Of a DNA stretch of 64,000 bases, positions 59,401-64,000 are shown in pieces. Origin of the DNA: a virus (lineage: Duplodnaviria; Caudoviricetes); IMG/VR virus record IMGVR_UViG_3300043102_000037, positions 1 to 64,000 of that record. The stretch is one strand, 5' to 3'. The first letter of the stretch is position 1; each line of letters starts with the position of its first letter. Below the pieces are notes generated by a model that was not told the origin of the DNA, did not search any database, and saw nothing but the letters and a program-made list of their open reading frames with translations. Made by a program: the position numbers and the translations under genes.

Positions 59401-59672
59401 AGGTGTTCTATGAGAGCGAATTTATTTTCGTAAAAATTTCGCCATTTATTATTATTTTTATCAAACCATTTTAATTCGTTATTTTCACGGTTAAACCATT
59501 GAGAGCTGTCCATTGTACCGTTAGGCTCATTAACAGCTAAAGGATTTAATAGCGTATCTAAATAATGTTCAAGAATTTTATACTGCCTATGAAGTTCTTC
59601 GTTGTATAATTGCTCTGAACCTCTGCCAGAATTAAAATTCCTGTTATATAAAGTAGCGATGTATCTCACCAA
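56403..59672 (-). CDS. large putative virion (tail/baseplate-like) protein
   Basis: 1089 aa with recurring [FY][IVL][ND]G[LI] beta-module motifs. Confidence 0.5.
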   Translation of the reverse strand: MVRYIATLYNRNFNSGRGSEQLYNEELHRQYKILEHYLDTLLNPLAVNEPNGTMDSSQWFNRENNELKWFDKNNNKWRNFYENKFALIEHLTDILPPSSPLKGQLWIHQGVLCYYDGTTWQPIKALTQDGSQFSLDVFKNFLLTSPLWKIGNTVVLDDDITAYKKAARQYLQGMLDAKNNAKDAIITDANGNTVKWDLTTKTSTESLPEIPELPANLKSQMLVPQLDYARIFLDRTLDSTEYEEVNKTCIQYSKDFIKDKTPSLVHINPGRITKIIKRLIRVDKVNPKIQVSAANTEYYGFKFNSNLGDFLVPDGVDEEGNAGEKDYTIVEDGILLEYHAAQNYDYVLAITYEFSWLKSTGTMNHVSTLDVKNIYYIQDYAGPIAPFVEGLSLENPYFTDDSYNQTISFEEDVTDLEVSFLHVPKREYGYIRYIDVMNRGIIKPLKTYKHPLLFINGEAQYDSYTIDSNGYFYVPNAKIDMAWSVLDLYDAEKDEDLFYKAGYIPKGTTSSDFVSTYTIPKVERSALSCYYNIPATVYAIKFDKNEITDDDNVILFVNGLLLKKEEVYVDHNDGYIYVYTGTQDNEIDIEKYRTDKTYAADIDIKIANGELNGNDLMRDGLSDDCEFIIIKDKYNWLYDESKLMPALGVGSLSDTLVYLNGHLLLSRKESIPYVSASEIGKDIYSNEINNNQIVRQVNTDLTNGIIDENEEYFDYYYYDKDNKKYVYIAQPNEIANIKNITESYKNGLKSISFNIKYSTTDLIDIYAFTTANAEVEQPLVIQNYEIPIGANPQTDFNTPCAFNPNTNSLMVWVDGIRMYPDTDDVAGIIEYANGTGFTLPFPVGGDNYPHYVTVVVEKPEHDASAPCSRTVITEKNIAPNVVNMYSTKYSYDSNGNRLTLTNPVSLYPGRVTIYVNGIRQPEDSYTLHDNYTFSFNDATIIGSNKNYPVQTFADLYGNTFTQTHNQPDYILVEVREDTRQTKTIEINKFPTYEINPTDYDIDMTILEAVDEIMIFINGLYFGAKKNEGYHINLSRGSIMISDQNTCDIINNDEMYNFLTGNSAANQLYLLRHDGAAYQHANAKITLAWR

Positions 59673-59756
59673 CTTTCAAAATTCTTTTAAAAATAAGTGC
59701 TTATCTAATCTCTTATTACGCAGGATTAAGTTAAATTTTAGCTATGTAAAGTATAA

Positions 59757-59790
59757 TAAAAAATAGAGAGTTTAAACTCTCTATTTTTTT
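59757..59790. terminator. terminator downstream of the Zorya operon
   Basis: AAAAAATAGAGAG-TTTAAA-CTCTCTATTTTTT. Confidence 0.75.
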
Positions 59791-59792
59791 AC

Positions 59793-60695
59793 CTACCCGT
59801 TTGTTATACGCGAATGGCACCTTCGACACAATACTTGCAGGTTTTCTATGTTATTATGAGCAGGATTGCGGTCTATATGATGTATCTCTAAAAATCGCGA
59901 ATCAAAATTTGCGTTGCATATTTGGCATTTGAACCATACACTCTTTTTAAGCTCGTATTTCATCTTTGGAGTTAAACTATATTTGTATTCCAGAGCGTTA
60001 GCAGCATGATATTTGGGCAAATTCTTTTTGCTAAAATCGTATTTAGAACCCATTCTGTTTTTAGCGAACTTCACATATGATTCAAAATTAAAGTTATTAG
60101 CTATTTTTTCTCTGTTGCTTTTTCTATATTTGTTATCGTCCTTCCACCATTCTTCTTTAGGAAGGCAAAATCGTCTAAATTGATTCCAATTCAAACGATG
60201 CAGACAGCTTTGGCATACTCTTAATTTTTCGTCGCCAGCGAATAGAATATTGTCGAAATTATCCCATTCTTTTTTTATAATCTCAAAAAATCCAGTTGAG
60301 CGTTGCGTCATTACATATCGGCTTTTGAGTCTTCCTTCTTCGTCTGCCTTTTTAAGATTATCACAATAACACAAATGAACTACTGGAGGTTTTCTTTCTT
60401 CTTTACCAGAGCTATTTAATTTTACTATATGTTCTTTTATATAAACAAATGTCGGTCTTTGCATAAAGACAAATAATTCATTAGTGCCAAACTTCATAAC
60501 GTCAGGCATTTCACTTAAATATCCTTCTATATTGATACCTGTCGTTATGAGCATTTGATACTGCTGCGCAGATTCACTATCAAAGAAAATATCCTGCGCT
60601 GCTTCGCTAAGTTCTTTTTTTGTTATATTCATTTTTTGAATTATTTTATTAAAGCCTTGCATATAATCAGTTATATTTTTGTCTTTCGCGCTCAT
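59793..60695 (-). CDS. zorE: Zorya type II HNH nuclease ZorE
   Basis: VHLCYC..L.....GR..RY..T..S.G.F, L.VC..CL..LNW, C..C...LEIHHIDRN..HN..ENL..LC..CH. Confidence 0.8.
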   Translation of the reverse strand: MSAKDKNITDYMQGFNKIIQKMNITKKELSEAAQDIFFDSESAQQYQMLITTGINIEGYLSEMPDVMKFGTNELFVFMQRPTFVYIKEHIVKLNSSGKEERKPPVVHLCYCDNLKKADEEGRLKSRYVMTQRSTGFFEIIKKEWDNFDNILFAGDEKLRVCQSCLHRLNWNQFRRFCLPKEEWWKDDNKYRKSNREKIANNFNFESYVKFAKNRMGSKYDFSKKNLPKYHAANALEYKYSLTPKMKYELKKSVWFKCQICNANFDSRFLEIHHIDRNPAHNNIENLQVLCRRCHSRITNG

Positions 60696-61342
60696 TTGAA
60701 GAAGTCCTCCAATTCTTTCATAACTGTTATCTCTGGAACAAATTCAACTCGCCTTGATTCGTTGTGATTGCCAGTAGCTTTACTGTATGAATAACCGTTA
60801 GCAGATACTTTTTCAATTAGCCATCGCTTTTCTTCTACACTGCTCGATATAGAGAAAATATAGCTTAATACATTTCTTGCTCTATCCTGCGATAATTTCA
60901 TATTGTAAAAATAGGCGTAATCTTCGCTTGTATTAGAACCCCACTCTTTAGAAGCGTATCCGTCAATATGAATACTTACAACCCTGTCTTTGTATTTGTC
61001 GCTGCTTATTAGTGTCATGTATCTTGGGAAAAAGTTATTCAATATGTCCTGAAATTGCGGAGTTGGATTTGATTCATTCTTTTCAAAAAATGTTACTGGC
61101 GGCTTGAAAAATACGACAGACGCATTGTCTTGACTTATCTCTGCTCCCCACCTAGACAATTCATCATCGCTGAACTCGCGCCTTAAATCAGCTATTAAAT
61201 CTTTTTGCGTATTTTGATAGCCTTTGATAATCATTTCCCCTCTAGCTAAGAAAGCAATACTTATAAACAGGAAAATAATCATTAAACCAGTCATAAGGTC
61301 GGAGATTGATTCCCATATATTATCTTGTTTTTTATGCAGCAT
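60692..61342 (-). CDS. zorB: Zorya MotB/OmpA-like protein ZorB
   Basis: W.SISDLM.GLM..FLF TM helix with conserved Asp; OmpA-like IDGYAS...NMKLSQDRA..V...RRVE. Confidence 0.88.
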   Translation of the reverse strand: MLHKKQDNIWESISDLMTGLMIIFLFISIAFLARGEMIIKGYQNTQKDLIADLRREFSDDELSRWGAEISQDNASVVFFKPPVTFFEKNESNPTPQFQDILNNFFPRYMTLISSDKYKDRVVSIHIDGYASKEWGSNTSEDYAYFYNMKLSQDRARNVLSYIFSISSSVEEKRWLIEKVSANGYSYSKATGNHNESRRVEFVPEITVMKELEDFFK

Positions 61343-61346
61343 AATA

Positions 61347-63428
61347 TTATTTACCTGCCTTTTTCTGATTTAATAAATCGTCTACTTCGTTAATCTTAGA
61401 AACTAACGCCTCATAATTCTCAATCATTTTGGTTGTTATGGATAGCATAGCAGCACCGAGTTTTTCTATTTGGTCTGTCGATGCTTTATTCAATGCTTCT
61501 AATTGAGGTTTAAGAAATTCATTAATAGCGTCTACTGAAAGATTAATATTTGTCCCAATATGTTCTCTAATTTCATCGCTTATAACTTTGGAATTATTTT
61601 CGATTGTATCTTTTATATCGCCAGACGCTTGACTGATAATTTCGGCAGCATTTTTAGTAACTTCATTTAAATTTTCAAGATCGTTTTTAATATCTTGAGA
61701 TACAGCAAGAGATTGTTGTCTGCATTCAGCTACCTTTGCTTTCGTTATTTTTAGTTCTTTTTCTATATCATCGTCGTATGTTTCAATAGTTTTTTCTAAA
61801 TCACCAAACGAATCCATTAATTTTTTAGTAGATATGTTTAAATTGCTCATTGGGATAGTCACTATTCCAACTATACTGCTCATAAGTTTGTCAATTCTTC
61901 CTTTAAAATCGTCAGTTGTTTGATATAATAAATCACCAAATTTTTTATTTGTTTCTGTAATTTTTTCGTTATATTGTTCTTGTAGTGATTCGGCATATCC
62001 TGTAAAATTACGGCTCATCTTTCCTGCTTCATCTATAATTGACTTATTTATCTTTCCTTTAGCTTCAATTAAATCCTCGCTTAATGTTTCAATGGAATTT
62101 TTATAACCTTCCAATGTTTTAACGTATGAAGTAATTTCTGATGAAGCCTGCATTATTTTGACCATATCTGCCGAAATATTTTCGTGCGTTTTTACACTTT
62201 TTCCAATAACATCGTTTAATGATTTTACAATATTAGGCATATCATTTGCGAAATTATAAAATGCTGAATTAACAGTTCTTAGCTCTTGTGTTGATATTTC
62301 AACAGTATCTTTATAATCTTTTTGCCATTCTAGCATTTTTCCAACAGCTATATTTAGTTCCTTAAAATTATCGCCAAATTGTTCGGTAAGTTTTGCATTA
62401 AAGTCTTTTATTGTTTCACTTAACGCTTTAATAAATTGCTCGCTGTTGTTCTTAGCCATATCCTCTAAGAACTTATCAAATGATTCTACCATATTATTTA
62501 TACATTCATTGTTTTTTTCAAGAGTATTTTTATTTTCATCATTTATATTTAACAGCTTATCGTTAAAATCTTTATTCTGCTTATTAGCTGCATCTGAGTT
62601 TTCTACTATTTTTTCCTGCAAATCAGCCATGTTTTTTATACTGTCGTTAAATTGGCTAAGTTTTTCAGATTGCTTTTCAATCATTTGCTCAATGTTACGA
62701 TTAAGCCTTTGAAGTTTTTCGCTTTGCTCTTTTGAGTTGGCATTTATTGCGTCCATCAGATTTGTTATTTGTTTACTCTGATTTTGAGATGCTTTTACGA
62801 AATTAGCTATCATAGTGCTTTGTGTTTGTATTGCACGATTTAAGGAGGAAATTTCTCCGCTAAAATTTTTCAAAAAAGTATCTGGCGATGCGTTTTGTGC
62901 CTGTTGGACAAAAGTAAGAATAGCTCTTGTAGAATCATTTGTATTTTGGCTCATTGCCGCGAGTGAATTTTTGACTTCGCCAATGCTTATATCTGTACGT
63001 TGTTGAACTTCGTTGCTGTGCTCGATAGCCTTAACCAATGCTTCATTTGTATTTTTGATATTATTTAGCAACACGTTAGTTTCAACCTCAAGATTTTTTT
63101 CATCTTTAAAATCCTTATATTCTGCGCCAGCTTGAAAATTTTTAATTACAATACTGAATAACATACCTATTATGGAAGTAAAAAACGCTGTTTTCATACC
63201 CTCTAGCAGCATAGGTATGCTTTCTTGAATATTCCTTGAATCAAAATAATAAAGTGATATAGTTATGCCAATAAACGTAAATAATACGCCTATTGTAACT
63301 ACGATGCCTGCTGCATTATCAATTCTTCCGTTTTTTGTTAAATTCCTTCGCGAACAGAAAGTGATTATACAACAAATAATAAAGCAAATAAAAACCATAA
63401 TGTTAGAAAAACTAAACACGACACGCAC
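61347..63428 (-). CDS. zorA: Zorya MotA-like protein ZorA with long coiled-coil tail
   Basis: T.GVLFTFIGI..SL..FD...I..SI..LLEGMKTAF.TSI.G, then a >500-aa heptad-rich tail. Confidence 0.88.
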   Translation of the reverse strand: MRVVFSFSNIMVFICFIICCIITFCSRRNLTKNGRIDNAAGIVVTIGVLFTFIGITISLYYFDSRNIQESIPMLLEGMKTAFFTSIIGMLFSIVIKNFQAGAEYKDFKDEKNLEVETNVLLNNIKNTNEALVKAIEHSNEVQQRTDISIGEVKNSLAAMSQNTNDSTRAILTFVQQAQNASPDTFLKNFSGEISSLNRAIQTQSTMIANFVKASQNQSKQITNLMDAINANSKEQSEKLQRLNRNIEQMIEKQSEKLSQFNDSIKNMADLQEKIVENSDAANKQNKDFNDKLLNINDENKNTLEKNNECINNMVESFDKFLEDMAKNNSEQFIKALSETIKDFNAKLTEQFGDNFKELNIAVGKMLEWQKDYKDTVEISTQELRTVNSAFYNFANDMPNIVKSLNDVIGKSVKTHENISADMVKIMQASSEITSYVKTLEGYKNSIETLSEDLIEAKGKINKSIIDEAGKMSRNFTGYAESLQEQYNEKITETNKKFGDLLYQTTDDFKGRIDKLMSSIVGIVTIPMSNLNISTKKLMDSFGDLEKTIETYDDDIEKELKITKAKVAECRQQSLAVSQDIKNDLENLNEVTKNAAEIISQASGDIKDTIENNSKVISDEIREHIGTNINLSVDAINEFLKPQLEALNKASTDQIEKLGAAMLSITTKMIENYEALVSKINEVDDLLNQKKAGK

Positions 63429-63600
63429 CTCTTTCTTTTTTATTTATATGTAATATTTTGTGCCTGTATTTATTTTTTGACATTAAATTGGAAAATCCTT
63501 TATAAAGCATATAAAAATAGCCATATATCGCTAATTTTTTAAGATTAACGCATATGGCTATTAAAAAACACAGGTATTAAATTAAAATGAATCTAGTGAA

Positions 63601-63798
63601 TCACCAATCACCGCCTATATCGCCGTTAAAATCCTCAAAGCCAGTATCGCCATCATCAAAGATACTGTAATCAAAATCGTCTTGGTCGTTATAGTCAGTA
63701 TCATTATCTTCATATTGCTTATAACCATTATGCTGATAATGAGTTTGAGGTATTTTCTTTTTCTTGTCGTCTAACATAGCAAATCGCTCCTTTTTCAT
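63601..63798 (-). CDS. small hypothetical protein with acidic tail
   Basis: 65-aa ORF; AAGGAG RBS suggests a start at the second Met. Confidence 0.45.
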   Translation of the reverse strand: MKKERFAMLDDKKKKIPQTHYQHNGYKQYEDNDTDYNDQDDFDYSIFDDGDTGFEDFNGDIGGDW

Positions 63799-63805
63799 TT
63801 AGAAT

Positions 63806-64000
63806 TTAAAACTCATCTTCCTTATTTGGAAGAATACCTGAACCAAATTGCATATCATCATTATAGTATTCTATATTATTATAATAACCATAAGCAGGTT
63901 CTCTGTGAACGTGATGATTACATTTACAAGCACCGCACAGTGGACATATATAATAACCACATTTTTCACACTGTTGGCATTCTCTTGAATCAATAACTTT
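63806..64000 (-). CDS. Cys-rich zinc-ribbon protein, 5'-truncated by the window edge
   Basis: Manual translation KVIDSRECQQCEKCGYYICPLCGACKCNHH...EDEF*. Confidence 0.6.
   Translation of the reverse strand, partial: KVIDSRECQQCEKCGYYICPLCGACKCNHHVHREPAYGYYNNIEYYNDDMQFGSGILPNKEDEF

Noticed and set aside
1-64000. tRNA/rRNA genes, stop-codon reassignment, retron or DGR reverse transcriptase
   Set aside because: None seen by eye. ORFs are long and dense under code 11 and no RT motif was found. A tRNAscan/Infernal run would be needed to exclude small RNAs fully.

Overview
This AT-rich window (visibly ~30-35% GC) looks like part of a large temperate phage-plasmid from a Firmicutes host. A diderm Negativicutes host is my inference, not a database result. 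Phage-like parts: HU, NUDIX, class III RNR, ThyX, RecJ, AEP primase, DnaB-like helicase, sigma factor, GroES, a holin/amidase lysis cassette, wall hydrolases and a long block of probable virion genes. Plasmid-like parts: ParA/ParB, a Rep_3 initiator with about ten 19-bp iterons and DnaA boxes, and a tyrosine recombinase. There are two DnaE polymerases; the second is split by an IS607-type IStron (group I intron core + tnpA + tnpB). Three further tnpA-less IS605-type tnpB elements and a complete Zorya type II cassette (zorA-zorB-zorE) are present. The most unusual signals are not in the ORF track: (1) a 54-aa ORF at 43074-43238 (-) with four synonymously diverged KSACKTK repeats, the core motif of clostridial SCIFF/ranthipeptide precursors; (2) a promoter-to-terminator ~190-nt non-coding unit at ~28903-29095 with four anti-Shine-Dalgarno motifs; (3) IStron junctions predicting that RNA splicing and DNA excision give different DnaE residues (Val vs Gly). 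All family names come from my motif recognition; no searches were run.
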